This document shows positions 11,620 through 24,583 of a DNA stretch of 64,000 nucleotides, piece by piece. Position 1 is the stretch's first letter. Each line of letters begins with the position of its first letter. A model generated the notes under the pieces. It was not told the DNA's origin and ran no database searches. It was given only the letters and a program-made list of their open reading frames with translations. The stretch comes from Mobula hypostoma (lineage: Eukaryota), in contig NC_086108.1 in the NCBI RefSeq assembly GCF_963921235.1, positions 27,344,001 through 27,408,000 on the forward strand. The letters are read 5' to 3'. The position numbers were made by a program, and so were the translations under genes.

Positions 11620-13510
11620 AGTAGTTATAAAAATTACCCTCAACTGGGAAAGTACCGGCAGTGATAATATTCATAATTGCTTGTATTAAAAAATTTGCTT
11701 GACTTCATCAGTACCTATATATGCATATCAACAATTTTCTTTAAAATCCTGAAAAGGTGCCCGAACTTTCGACAGAAGGTAAAACATTTCTCTTACCTGA
11801 AGGAGAAATTACAAATGACCAATTAAAATATAGTCCTATTACTTGTTTACAAACTATGTATAACATTTTAACATCATGCATCTGCAACTAATCACCACTC
11901 ACTTACATAACCACAGTACACAGAAGAGCAGAAGATAACCACAACATACACACAGAAGAGCAGCAGGGATGTAAAGAACAACTGATAATTAATTCCATAA
12001 TTCTAAATCAAGCTCAGTGGAAAAGTAGAAATCTTTTATGTTGTTATATTGACTATCAAAATGCATTTGATTCTGTCCTACATTCACGGCTAGTAGAAGT
12101 TCTTATTATACATAAACTACCCCCAATACTTGTGAAATTCCTACAGCATCTGATGAAGCATTGGCGTACTGTAAACACCTTCTCTATTAACTACCGAAAA
12201 AGAAGAACTACCACTATCAAAATAAACAGATATTTTCCAGGGTGACTCAGCATTACCTTGGTTTTGTCTGACTTTAAACCCACTCTCTAATTTACTGAAT
12301 TGGATGAAAATAGGGTATCAGATCAGAAACAACCAAACAAATTGTTCCTTGACACACCTTCTACACATGGATGATTTGAAATTATACACTTCTTCATTAG
12401 AAAAGCCAAAGCAATTAATTCAAATAGTAGAGCTATTTGCTAAAGATATAAGCATGAACTTTGGACTAGATAAGTGCAGAACATTAAACATAAAGAAAGG
12501 TGCAACAGAGCTAGTAGAATATAAAACAGAGCAGCAGGATTCATTATAACCAATGGATGAATATGAGACATGTAATTATTGGGATATCAACAAGCAAATA
12601 AAGTAGATCATAGTGTGATAAAGGAAAAACTTTCAATAGAATTTGTTTCAAGGCTTAAGAAAATCTGACAGAGCTCAATAGTAAAACTATAGCAAAAGCA
12701 ATAAATATGTTTGCGATACCAATATTAACATTTTTTGGCATAATATCTTGGTCTGTAACCAATTTGAAAATTTAAAAAGAAACATAAGAACTGAAGTGGC
12801 AAATTTCAGAAAACACTATTTATACATGAACACACCTAGATTAACACAATATTCATAATAAATTTATTCAAGAGTCAGATAAAACTTCGAGGGATATATT
12901 TTCATCAATTAAAACAGGATTCAGTATATCACATTAGCATAGGCAATTATGATTAGAAGTACACACCACTAAACTTAACTGAATGCACACCCAGTAAAAT
13001 CAAGGTATTATCACTTTTGAAGAAAAGGTTAACCAAAGCAAGAGCAAGACCCCCCATAGAAGACATCCCCATGAACTGAGCAGACTAGATGTCAACAAGG
13101 AAGCATCAAACATTTAGCTCAGAGTTGGACACCTCTTCCCTGAACCAGAAAGGTTCCTTGTGGCAATACAGGTGGTTAACACAAAATTTATCAAAAATAC
13201 ATAATAAAGAACCAACAAATTCAAGATGATAAATGCAGAAAATGCCAAGAGAAACCAAAAACTATTCAACACATTACAGCATCCTGCAGCAGTTTAACTC
13301 AATCTGATGACTTATACAGGCAAAATCAAGTGCAACATCATTCATCAAAATCTTGCTTTAAAATACAAACTCATAAAAGACATCATACCTTGCAATAAAT
13401 GCAAGTCTGATTCAGTTTAGAGTCTGAGTCCTACAAATTGTATTATGACTGATCCATTATTACTAATTGTACAATGTATAATAATGGTCCGGACATAATA
13501 TTACTGGATA
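11620..13510 (+). mobile_element. Degenerate R4/Dong(Rex6)-clade non-LTR retrotransposon (RT plus restriction-like endonuclease region)
   Basis: Broken motifs SPITCLQTMY, CKEQLII, YIDYQNAFDSV, IFQGDS, HLLHMDDLKLY, FGLDKC, a CCHC-like CRKCQEKPKTIQHITASC and terminal PDII. Confidence 0.75.
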
Positions 13511-14249
13511 ATTGAGCAAGATCGATCGAAGAGCTTCCTCCAGAAGGAGTCAGTGGGGAAGGATCATAGTACAGGGTTGCTTTACTACAGGAAGTGCCTA
13601 TATGTTGGCACATTTTAAAGACTAAATTGGCCGAAACTGGCTGCATGACTGAGAGTGGACAGAGAGATGAAAGAGCACGTAGTCCCTCTCTGCAAGTTCC
13701 TTTGTTTAAGAAAGCATGTTGTTAATTAAACTTAGCAGGTCTCCTCCAGTACATTACAGGGAGTTATTAGTACAGGCATCACAAATGCCCAAGATATTTA
13801 TAAGGGGTGATTTAATGCAAACATGTTCTTATAAGAATAAAGCAAACCGCATTAGATTTTACATAGATTGCAAAGTATTTCATTCACAAAGCGTACAAAA
13901 TGAATGATTACAACCAAAGTGTCCTACTGAGGAGGGAAAGAGAGCAGGAAGTTTGCAAAATATTCAGCTTGGCAGATTTTCTACTCATATTTTAGGTATC
14001 ACACCAGACTAACACAATGGTGGCTGAGAGGAGACAAGAGCTACCCCCTCGAAACCTGGCCATTCATACCATCAAGGCTGGAAAGGTAGCAGAGGAAAAC
14101 TGATATAATGAGAACCATGTGTCAATACAGTGGAGACTGTCGTGGAGCTGCTCAACTAGTGCTTTAACCAATTGCAGCAATCCAGAGGAACGGAACACTT
14201 CACCCCAGGGTAGCCCCATTATTTCATAATAACTTGAGGGACAGAGCAG

Positions 14250-14345
14250 AGGCACAGCTCGTGGAGCTGGTGTCTCACACCCCCAGCAATCTAGGTTTCA
14301 TCCAGACCTCAGGCCTTTCTGTGAGGAGTTTTCACGTTCTCTCAA
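14250..14345 (+). mobile_element. V-SINE/HE1-like SINE head fragment
   Basis: tRNA-like head followed by TCTGTGAGGAGTTTTCACGTTCTC, which resembles the V-domain. Confidence 0.45.
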
Positions 14346-14349
14346 TGAC

Positions 14350-15005
14350 GAGGTCTTGCCAATCTCGCTGATTAAGGCACCGAGGAAGATTGAAATCATC
14401 AAGGCATGAGCAGAAGCAGAGCAGGTGTTCAGTGCTGCTACAGCCTCTCTCTCACTGCTGCTGGAGGACAATGTCTGTGTGTGACGGTCTCTCTCTCTCT
14501 TCCTATCACCTTTGCTGAACGCAGAGGAAGATCCCTGTGTTTGAACAGATTCTCTCTCTCCCTCTCACTCGATGCTGGTGGAGGATTGTGCTGGAATCCT
14601 GGGTGTAGGGCAAGGTTTAATTGATGCAGTTGTGGACTGGACTCTGTAGTTCATGTTATGATGCCTTTCTAGTCTCTGGTCTGGCCTTTTCTTTGTTGCT
14701 AATTTTGGGCGACTTTGATCAGGGCAGCCTGCTGGTAATAAACGACACAAAGCTAGATTGAAATGAAATGAGCTGAACTGAATATGCCTGGTCTCCTTTG
14801 GTTTTGTGTTTTATATTCTGTGTTTTTTGCTCATTTCTTTTTTTCTTTTTTGCCATTTGCATGTTTTAGATTTTTTGCACATGGGATGGATGGTTGATGT
14901 TGTTCTTTGAAAGGATTCCAGGGTTTTGTGGCTGTGTGTGGGAAGACTGAATCTCAGGGGTGTATACTGCGTACATAGTTTAATAATACCTTTGAACATC
15001 TTGAT
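14350..15005 (+). mobile_element. Non-autonomous repeat with a LINE-like T-rich 3' end
   Basis: The 3' end (gaatctcaggggtgtatactgcgtacat...tttgaac) resembles the tails at 18720-18790 and, reverse-complemented, at 44440-44500. Non-coding. Confidence 0.4.
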
Positions 15006-15034
15006 TCAATTGCCTTTAAAGACCAATGTGGGGA

Positions 15035-15700
15035 CATCTTTACAAGTAAGGCAGGATCATTTCATCACCTTCACTCTAAATGCTGAATTTTCAGACATGT
15101 CCATAACATCCTGTGAATCAAAGAAGCAAGTGTTCCTCATTGTAAGTGTAGCAGCATCTCTATTACCACGATGAAGCCACTGTCAGGTTAGAGGAGCAAC
15201 AGATCATATTCCGCCTGGGTAAACTCCAAACATATGGGCTGAACCTCAATTTCTCTAACTTCCGATGATTTCTCCCTCTTCCTCTTCTCTGTTTTACCAT
15301 TCCCAATTCTTATCCCATTTTATCTCTTCTCCTCACCTGCCCGTCACCTCCACCTCCTTCCCTTTTTCCCATGGTCCACTCTGTTCTCCTCTGAGATTCC
15401 TTCACAGCCCTTTACTTTTTCTCCCTATCACCTCCCAGCTTTTCACTTCATCCCACTTCCTCCACCTACCTGTCGTCCCCCCACCTAGTTTCACCTATCA
15501 ACTGTCAGCTTGTGTTCCTTCCTCTTCCCCCACTTTCTCAGTCTGACTTCGTCCCCCTTCCTTTCCCCTCCTGATGAAGAGTCTCAGCTTGAAAAGGCAA
15601 CATGTTATTAGTCTCCAAAGGTACTGTCCAACCAACTGAGATTTTCTAGCATTTTGTGTGTGGCGCTCCGAATTTCCAGGATCTGCAGAATCTCCTGTGT
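15035..15700 (+). mobile_element. Degenerate PLE 3' fragment
   Basis: RLEEQQIIFRLGKLQTYGLNLNFSNFR* at about 15185-15266, then a pyrimidine-rich UTR, a CTGATGAAGAGTCTC hammerhead relic and a TTTCCAGGATCTGCAG tail. Confidence 0.75.
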
Positions 15701-18069
15701 CTATGATTAGCAGCTTTTTTCCGTGCTGTTTCATATTTGTTACAACCTTCTCAAACCCATGGACTGGCTTTAACCAGCAGCTCTAGGTAAGGAAAATCTC
15801 CACTTTAGGAAGCTTGGATTTAATCAACACCAGATAGTTAATTTCAAATGTTGGCAGTCTCGAATGCAACTGTGAATCTACATCCTTTCAATACATATTG
15901 TTGCCCCCACTACACAGGCAGTGATATTGTGATAATTATGTATAAACATGAATCTTGCATGTGTTTTGCAATAGGTTAAATGAGCATAAGTTAATCATGT
16001 ACTGTGTTCTTCAGATATTTTGTCAGTGCAATCTAATTTCTTCCTTTTATATAGGTACTTCTAATCAAGTTTGGGCTGTAAAACCCCACAGGATATTAAA
16101 GCCCATTGAAACATATATTAAAGCATTTCTCTTCGGTATATGGGTCTCGGATACCAAACTTTATTAAGACAATATAATCTTAAATACTTTCTGCCCTAAT
16201 AACTCACTGACATTTGCTTAATATTGTGTGTATTTGATTGATGAAATTTCAACATGCTGCTCTGAGATTCAGCCGTTTCTTCAATAAGATAACACATTAC
16301 AATGGATTCTGTGGCTTGAATATCAAAGTATGCCGAAGTAGCAGGAGTGTTATTTAATTTAGAGGGGAAGAGAGGAGAAGACCAATTCCAACAGCAGAGC
16401 CTGGAAATAATTATGTATCGAAAATCTTGGGAAGTTCATACACTCATTCAGGTACCAGAGTCACATACTTTCTCCATGTCACTGACAGTCCAAGCACGGT
16501 TGATTCAAGTTGAACAGTTCAGGTCAGAACTACACAATAAAGAGTAAAAATGATTTAGTTTTGGAACAAAATGGTCTTGAGAAGGTCATAGAGTCACTGA
16601 GTACCAAAGCACAGCAACTGGCCCTTTGGCCCTTTCAGCCTATGCTGGCCTAATCTTCTGCCTAATACATCTGTTATACCCGGACCATGTCCTTATCTGT
16701 CACAATAGATATATCTGGGATCTGACACAATTGCTAAATCTGGTATTTTATCCACTTGAATGGTATGAAAATCCAAGCACTGATTACTGCTCTCTTACAT
16801 CTTGCCTTCAGACTTGTGGAGGGAGTTCAGCCAGACATATAGTCTATTGTGGTGATAGGAATAACTTAGCCATCAGGCAGTGCCATGTTATAATTACTTT
16901 ATTAAAGTATTGACGTGTGTGACATTTGTATTTTGGTAAACAAATACTGGATGGTCTCTGAATGTGCTTGAGCACATTGTTGGCTGAGGTTTTATGCGGA
17001 AGTGTCCCCAGATTCTCAAAAATAGGGCAGCAACTCTGTCCATATGGAAATCCCAAACTTCACAAAGGTAATTTTTTCTCAATGATATTTCAGTTTCAGA
17101 TTCCAGTGAAGGAGCAACAGCTTAATTTGAGAAATGTGCCTATGGATTCTGTGTGAGGGTAGACCTGAAAGATGATTTACCGTTTCTAAATCTAATTCAA
17201 TTAATTTTACTGTTCAATTACTTTATGTTCTTACTATTGCCTTAAGTAATTCATTTCATCTTTTAATTTTTTTTCTGAATTGTATTTTCTTATATAGTGA
17301 TTGTTTTTGATGTTTTTGATTGGTTTGAATGCCAGAGGTTTTCACAAGCATCCCCTTTTTTTTAACAGCTTAATCCACTGTTCAGAAAAATGCCTGGGCA
17401 GGACTTAAACCTTTTGATTAGAAAGGCCCGGCACTGCACTGGGTCTCACAATTCAGTTCAGAGCCAGTTTACAAAAGATAGAGGAACCTGTTCCATGTGA
17501 AAACAGATTTACTCAGGGAGTAGCCAATGAGTTGAGGTGGACAACCAATCAGGGGAAGATTAGATTCATTATATTATTCTTGATGGTCGTGTTGGTGTTT
17601 GTACTGCTTCCATGATAGAGGGACGGAGAATAAAGGCACTTACGTATTTTCACACTTTTTGGACTACTTGGTTGTGTCTTTTTTTGCCACTGAGGTCATT
17701 TGTTTGTACAGTCTTTTTTTCTCGCTCTTCTCACTGCCTTTTATAATTCAGACATAATTTATGTATAATTTATCTTCACCATGGTGTCTGTATTCATGCT
17801 GTTGCAAGCAAGTATTTCATTGTACTTCACTGTATTTGTGCACATGACAATAAGCTGAACTTGACTTGATCTTACAGCAGTCTAATCCTTGTTAGCAGAC
17901 TGAGGCTCCTGTGTCATGACGCTTAATTGGATGGTTGAAGTCGCCATGTAGATAGGGGTCTATTATTTGATCACTCTCAACATCATGTCAATAGGAGTTA
18001 TGTAAATCAATTGAATAGGAATAAGATATAACACCAAGGTTATCACCATTCCGAAGTAATCAGTTTCAA

Positions 18070-18790
18070 AGTCAACCAAATGGCGACTCGTTTGCTTGCA
18101 TCTTTGGAAACAGCTCTAATTCTGTCTTTAGTATCTCTTTTTTTTCCCTTTTCAGGGTTCTTTTGAAGACCCTGACCAGGAACTACATGCTGACTTTGGT
18201 TCTTTGCGGGAATGGGACCTGCCCTCAGAGCCTCATGGCCGGACATTTTTGGATATGCCAAGGATGCGGCCTAGAAGAATAGTGTGCTGGATTTTCGTGA
18301 CTCTGGAGGCAGGTGGATTCAAGGCCGATGCCACCGCAGAAAACTGGTGTGTCATGGGAGACAGAATATTGTAAGCAGAGAGCTGGCTGCTGGCTATGTG
18401 CCCAGAGACCCGAGATCTTTGGGCGTAGAGCTTGGAAAAACCGATGCAACAGGCTTTGAATACCATTAATAAGCAAGTTGTTTTCTTTTGTCTCCCCTTT
18501 CAGTGTGAAATAGGGACACTTCTTTTTCCCTTATTAGGGAGAGAGAGCCTGTGATTTGTCGAATTACCGGGTGAACAAGTAGTTCTTGGAGTACTGCAAG
18601 TCTGTGTCTTTATTGATGCTTTGCTGCATGCTTGTGTGTTCGGTGGGAGGGGGAAGCTAGGGGGGGCCCTTGGGGTTGGAACATTTAACTGTCATTCATT
18701 CCTCAGTTTTTGTGGATGTTTGCGAAGAAAAAGAATTTCAGGATGCATATTGCATATATTTACCCGACATTAAATTGAACCTAGTGAACC
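18070..18790 (+). mobile_element. Non-autonomous non-coding retroelement
   Basis: Starts with CAAATGGCGAC and ends with the LINE-like tail ACATTAAATTGAACCTAGTGAACC. Its ORFs have no recognisable product. Confidence 0.45.
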
Positions 18791-18828
18791 TATTGGTCAC
18801 TACCAAGTACCTATACCTCATGCTCGCA

Positions 18829-21266
18829 TATACTTTATACTTTATACTTTATTGTCGTCAAACAAGATACTAGAACGTACAATCATCACAGCGATATTTG
18901 ATTCTGTGCTTTCCGCTCCCTGGATTACAAATATAAAATATTAAAAATTAGTAAATATTAAAATGTTAAATTATAAATCATAAGTAGAAAATAGAAAAAT
19001 GGAAAGTAAGGTAGTGCAAAAAAACCGAGAGGCAGGTCTGGATATTTGGAGGGAACGGCCCAGATCCGGGTCAGGATCCGTTCAACAGGCTTATCACAGT
19101 TGGAAAGAAGTTGTTCCCAAATCTGGCCATACAAGTCTTCAAGCTCCTGAGCCTTCTCCTGGATGGAAGAGAGACAAAAAGTGTGTTGGCTGGGTGGGTC
19201 ATGTCCTTGATTATCCTGGCAGCACTGCTCCGACAGCATGCGGTGTAAAGTGAGTCCACGGACAGAAGATTGGTTTGTGTGATGTGCTGCGCCATGTTCA
19301 CAATCTTCTGCAGTTTCTTCCGGTCTTGGACAGGACAACTTCCATACCAGGTTGTGATGCACCCTAGAAGAATGCTTTCTACAGTGCATCTACAAAAATG
19401 AGTGAGGGTTTTAGGGGACAGGCCAGATTTCTTTAGTTTTCTCAGGAAGTAAAGGCGCTGGTGGGCCTCCTTGGCGGTGGACTTTGCTTGGTTGGACCAA
19501 GTCAGGTCATTTGTGATATTGACCCCGAGGAACTTAAAGCTTTTGACCTGTTCCACTTGCACACCACCGATGTAAATTGGGTCGCGTGGTCTGTTACTCC
19601 TGAAGTCAACAACCAATTCCTTCATCTTGTTGATGTTGAGGGATAGGTTATTGTCTTCACACCATGCCACCAGGTTCTTAATTTCCTCTCTGTACTCAAA
19701 CTCATTATTACCTGAGATACAGCCTACAATTGTTGTGTCATCAGCAAACTTATATATTGAGTTCGATGGAAACTTGGCTACGCAATCATGGGTGTACAGT
19801 GAGTACAGCAGGGGGCTGAGTACACAGCCTTGTGGCGCACCGGTGCTCAGAGTGATTGTAGAGGAGAGCTTGTCCCCTATTTTTACAGCCTGGGTCCTGT
19901 CTGTGAGGAAGTTGAAGATCCAGCTGCAGATCTAAGTACTAAGGCCCAGGTTCCGGAGCTTAGGAATCAGTTTATTTGGAATGATGGTATTAAAGGCAGA
20001 GCTGTAGTCAATGAAAAGGAGCCTTACGTATGCGTCTTTATTCTCCAGGTGTTCTAAGGAGGAATGTAGGGCTAGAGAGATGGCATCTGCTGTTGACCTG
20101 TTGCTCTGGTAGGCGAATTGCAAAGCGTCAATGTTGACAGGTAGGCTGTGGTTGATGTGTGCCATAACCAATCGCTCATAGCACTTCATAGCAATTGATG
20201 TCAGAGCCACAGGTCGATAGTCATTCAGGCATGCCACCTTGCTCTTCTTCAGCGCTGGGATTATCGTTGCCTTCTTAAAACATGAGGGAATCTTAGACTG
20301 AAGCAAGGAGCTGTTGAAGATGTCAGCAAAAACTCCAGCTAGCTCGCTTGCACAGGCCCGGAGAACTTGTCCCGGGACGCCATCTGGGCTCGTCGCCTTC
20401 CTTGGATTTATCTTCAGGAAGGCCCTTCTAACGTCCTCCTTGGTGACGATGAATCTCGATGCCACCAGGTTTGGTTCATCCGGAGGGAGCGGGATGCTTC
20501 TCTTCTGTTCGAATCTTGTGTAGAATACGTTAAGTTCGTCAGGAAGAGAAGCGCCACAGTTATTGATATTCCCAGCCTTTTCTTCGTGCCCAGTGATCTC
20601 ATTTAGACCCTGCCATAGTCTACTGGCATCGCTCTGGTTAGCCTGGGCTTCCAACTTGGCTCGATATTGCCTCTTTGCACCCCCAATGGCTTTCTGGAGT
20701 TCACACCTGGATTCCGTGTAGCGACTGGTATCTCTGGACCTAAAAGCCGCAGCTCTAGCCTTCAAAGGGGAATTGACCTCATAATTCATCCAAGGTTTCC
20801 GGTTAGGGAATACCTGGATCGTCTTGCGAGACACACAGTCTTCCGTGCATTTCCAAATAAAGTCTGTGACAGCTGAGGAATACTCATCGAGGTTAGCTGC
20901 CGAGTCCTTGAATACTAACCAGTCCACCGATTCAAAGCAGTCATGGAGGACCTCATCTGTTTCCTCCGTCCAACGCGACACTACTTTTGACACCATGACC
21001 TCCCGTTTCAGTTTCTGTTTGTAAGCCGAGAGGAGGAGTCCGGCCTCATGGTCCGATTTTCCGAAACGAGGTCATGGGACGGAACGGTAGGCACCCTTGA
21101 CTGCTGTGTAGCAGTGGTCAAGTATATTTGGGCCTCCAGTGGGGCAGGAGACATGTTGATATAACTTTGGCAGCGCCTTTCTAAGGTTGATCTGGTTAAA
21201 GTCCGTGACTGTAATGAGCAAAGCCTCCGGATACCTGGTCTCAAGTTCACTGATGTTGGCATACAG
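18829..21266 (-). mobile_element. 5'-truncated Rex1/Babar LINE (end of endonuclease plus RT), disrupted
   Basis: ORFs 21008-21262, 19932-20996 and 19071-19670 carry [42 protein letters not shown] and FKFLGVNI. In-frame stop at 19932. (AAAGTAT)n tail at 18829-18850. Confidence 0.9.
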
Positions 21267-22029
21267 TATGCTCTTCCCCTTCTATATTTTAAGGCCTCAA
21301 GTTCTTTTTGATTTCCTTCTCACTATGTTTCAAATTCCAATCAATCGTTCACCCAAGGGAAGAGTGTTTTCATTGGCAGAGTTAAACATTAGAAAGAGAA
21401 GATGCCTCAAGACTTGTAAACGTGTGGAGACTTATGCTCTTTGTTCAGTCAGGATAGGGTAACTGCCTCCAGAAATCTAAAGCTTCCTGCAGTGTATCCT
21501 TAGCAGCAGCAAAGAAATTTGTCAATGAAGCACAATGCGACCAAGTTGCCATGCATTCCATAAGTGTTCTGTCTTCCAAATGGAAAACACAGACCCCATT
21601 TCTGTTAGGAAGTTTTCCAGGATCTTATGTAAGGTTGTCCATTCCTATTGTAATAAAGAAACACACCAATATCAGTCATATAATTCCAGCAGCAGAGAAC
21701 TTGGGGAATGCAATACTTTCAAAAGAAAATTTCCAATATCCAGAAGGTTTGCAAATATACAAATTACATAACCAAACATATCTTCTTCAAGAACTTATCA
21801 GAAGTTGAAATCCTCTTTCAGAGTAAGTTTTTCACTTACTTTTCATTCTGTCTTGATTTTAATCAAGAATTAAATTCCTGATCTTTTTGCCTGATTGCCT
21901 TCTAAAGACCTTTTCCCAGCATTGACAAATGAACTGGGATAACCAAAGTTTACAAGCTGTACTCCACTGCACTGGAATTTTCTTCACTTCCCACATTCCC
22001 TATCTCCTGCATGAAAGTCAAATATGACC

Positions 22030-22155
22030 TCAGATGCCGGAAATCTGAAATTAAGAAAAATCAGAAAATACTAAAAAAAATCAGCAGGTCAGGCAGCACT
22101 TTTGGAAAGAGAAGAAGTTAATGTTTTAGGTCTGTGACTCTTCATTAGAACAGTG
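22030..22155 (-). mobile_element. PLE terminal-repeat relic
   Basis: tcagcaggtcaggcagca is shared with 8561-8578. Degenerate hammerhead, reverse complement CTAATGAAGAGTCACAGACCTAAAACATT. Confidence 0.5.
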
Positions 22156-22172
22156 AAAGAGCTTTTCTCAGC

Positions 22173-22457
22173 ATTTTCTGTAGTGTTTCATATTGCAACA
22201 CTTTACGTATATTTTCTACTGGTGTGATTATTTTATTTCATTGAATAGTCACCCTAACACTACCCATAATTAATGGAATATATGCTATGTCTGTCAGGCC
22301 TGCACATTCAGACAGCTCCCAGTCTTCACCCAGCTAACAGGTGTCAATCTTTTCCAACTCATCACCGGCAGCCTATTTAAACCCAGCTCTCATCCACAGT
22401 CCTTGTTAACTCATTGAACCAGTCAGCCTCAACCAGATGCTTGTAGCCTTCAGTTAC
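22173..22457 (+). repeat. 285-bp direct repeat, copy 1
   Basis: Aligns without gaps to 23460-23744 (offset 1287) with scattered substitutions. Confidence 0.9.
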
Positions 22458-23459
22458 ATTCCACAACTTCTATTCCTCCTATTTCAGGAATAACTCCATT
22501 CCACCGGAAGATCTTATTCATCTGGCATTTCCTCTCACTTTTAGTGAAATGAAACATAAATCTATGGGCTGTGTCTCTGGTTGCATTTTGGAGGACCAGT
22601 CTTCAGCAATCTACTTCAACGCTAGTTTTGTCATATCCTCCGACAGGGCACACCAATGATGCCCTAGACCCTGTCTCTTTAAGCTGGTTTGGCTCTATTA
22701 CTCATCCAAAGTGTTGACACTACAGTATATTGATATTTTCTTGCAAATTTTTGACCCTTTGGAAGAACTCAAGGACAACCATCTACTCAGGTATTTGACA
22801 TGTTTAGAGACTGATAATTAATTCAAAACCTAAAGTTTATTATGGTTTATTTTCCATTCTGCTATAGGCTTTGTTTGCTATTGCTCCAACCTAGCCAAAT
22901 GAGACAAGTCTGATGCAACTTGCAACCCTTATTCTTGTCTCTCCAATCTAATCTTGCATTTGTATTTCTCTGAGAAATTCTATGCTGAACTCTAGGAGAA
23001 AAAAAGACATCATTTACCAGATGTAGTAATTTCATGATGATCTCATAGTCTGAAATAGACTCACTATTGGAGATCGTCCACTCATTGCTAGACCTTCATC
23101 CATACTTTCATAGTCCCACCTTTGGGTCCTCTTCATTAGTTTCTCAGTCAGTGGGACTGCACATCTCAATGTTCCATCTAACTGCATCTAAGAGATTCTC
23201 TAATTACCCCCAGGTTCAAACTTGACCTACATGATATTGTTTGCACCAAAATATAATTCTTTATATTCTGTATTTGTAAGCTTTTCCATTCAGAATCTCA
23301 AAAGCACCAGTAATCACCATTACCATTACCATCCATAAGCCATCTTCCATATGAAAATCATCATTTTATTCTACATACCACAATTAACTGACTTCCAACT
23401 GTCATCAAATTCCAATACAAGCAGTGTCCATAAGCTAGTTTCTGAACTCAGAAATATCT

Positions 23460-23744
23460 ATTTTCTGCAGTGTTCCATATTGCAACACTTTATGTATATT
23501 TTCCACTGGTATGATTATTTTATTTCATTGAATAGTCACCCTAACACTACCCATAATTAATGGAATATATGCTATATCTGTCAGACCTGCACATTCAGAC
23601 AGCTCCCAGTCTTCACCCAGCTAACAGGTATCAATCTTTTCCAATTCATCACCTGCAGCCTATTTAAACCCAGCTCTCATCCACAGTCCTTGTTGATTCA
23701 TTGAACGAGTCAGCCTCAACCAGATGCTTGTAGCCTTCAGTTAC
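23460..23744 (+). repeat. 285-bp direct repeat, copy 2
   Basis: Aligns to 22173-22457. Confidence 0.9.
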
Positions 23745-23870
23745 TTTGTTGCGTGTTGTGTTTAGTATCTCTTGTTTTGTGCCCCCTAGTGGCTTGTTGG
23801 TTTTGCAGTCTATTATTGAAGTTATCACTTGCTCAGCTTTTGGATCAAGATTCCTCTACATGCCCTGACA
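23579..23870 (+). mobile_element. Gypsy-type LTR (292 bp)
   Basis: TGTCAG...CTGACA inverted termini and a TATTTAAA TATA-like box at 23661. Immediately followed by a Gypsy pol relic. Confidence 0.7.
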
Positions 23871-23879
23871 GGAAGGTCG

Positions 23880-24583
23880 CAAGTGGGATGAGTGGAAGAT
23901 GGCATTTGTAACATCTACTGGCCATCATGAATGCATACTTGATCATGCCATTTGAGCCTTCCAATAGTCCAGCCATTTTTCAAGCCTTCATTAACAAAAT
24001 TCTGTGAAAAATGTGACACAGGTATATGTTCACCTAACTTGCCAACATCCTTCTCTTCTCCATGGAACCCCAAGACCACATCTGTCACGTACATTCACTC
24101 CTTCAGTGTCTCCTTGAAAACCAACTGCACTGCAAATTAGAGAAATGCCAGTTCCACACTACAGTCATTTCCTTCCTGGATTATATCCTTTTATTCTAAA
24201 GCAAAACCATGGAGCCAGAGAAACTGTGCTCCATCATTGAGTGGCCATGACCATGCTCCATCAAAGAGCTACAGTACTTCTTGCTTCTGCAATTTCTACC
24301 ACCATTTCAACAGGAATTACAGCCAAATCATCACGCCTCTCACCTCCCTCACCATATTACCTAACTCACAACTAACCTGGTTTGCTGCTGTGGACTACGA
24401 TTTCGAGGATCTCAAGATGCTTCACAACTGCTCCCATTCTCTGCTCCCGAACCTCTGGATCTTTAGTGTTAGAAGTGAACACATCTAATGCAGGTGCCAG
24501 GGTTGGATGGAAAGACTCCCTTTTGCCTTCTTCTCCTGAAGTTGAACTCTATACAGTCCTCTTATGAAGTAGGAGATAGAAAA
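23880..24583 (+). pseudogene. Ty3/Gypsy pol relic (RT to start of RNase H)
   Basis: Frameshifted motifs DEWKMAFVTSTGH, MPFEPSNSPAIFQAFIN, LEKCQF, FCNFYHHFNRNYSQI, LEVNTSNAG and PFAFFS..LNSIQSSYEVGDR. Confidence 0.8.

Noticed and set aside
21360..21830. Possible plus-strand exon ending at CAGA|GTAAGT
   Set aside because: There is no clear acceptor, the frames are interrupted by stops, and no protein is recognisable.
22173..23744. The 285-bp repeats as the paired LTRs of one element
   Set aside because: The repeats lack TG...CA ends and straddle the boundary of the real LTR (23579-23870).
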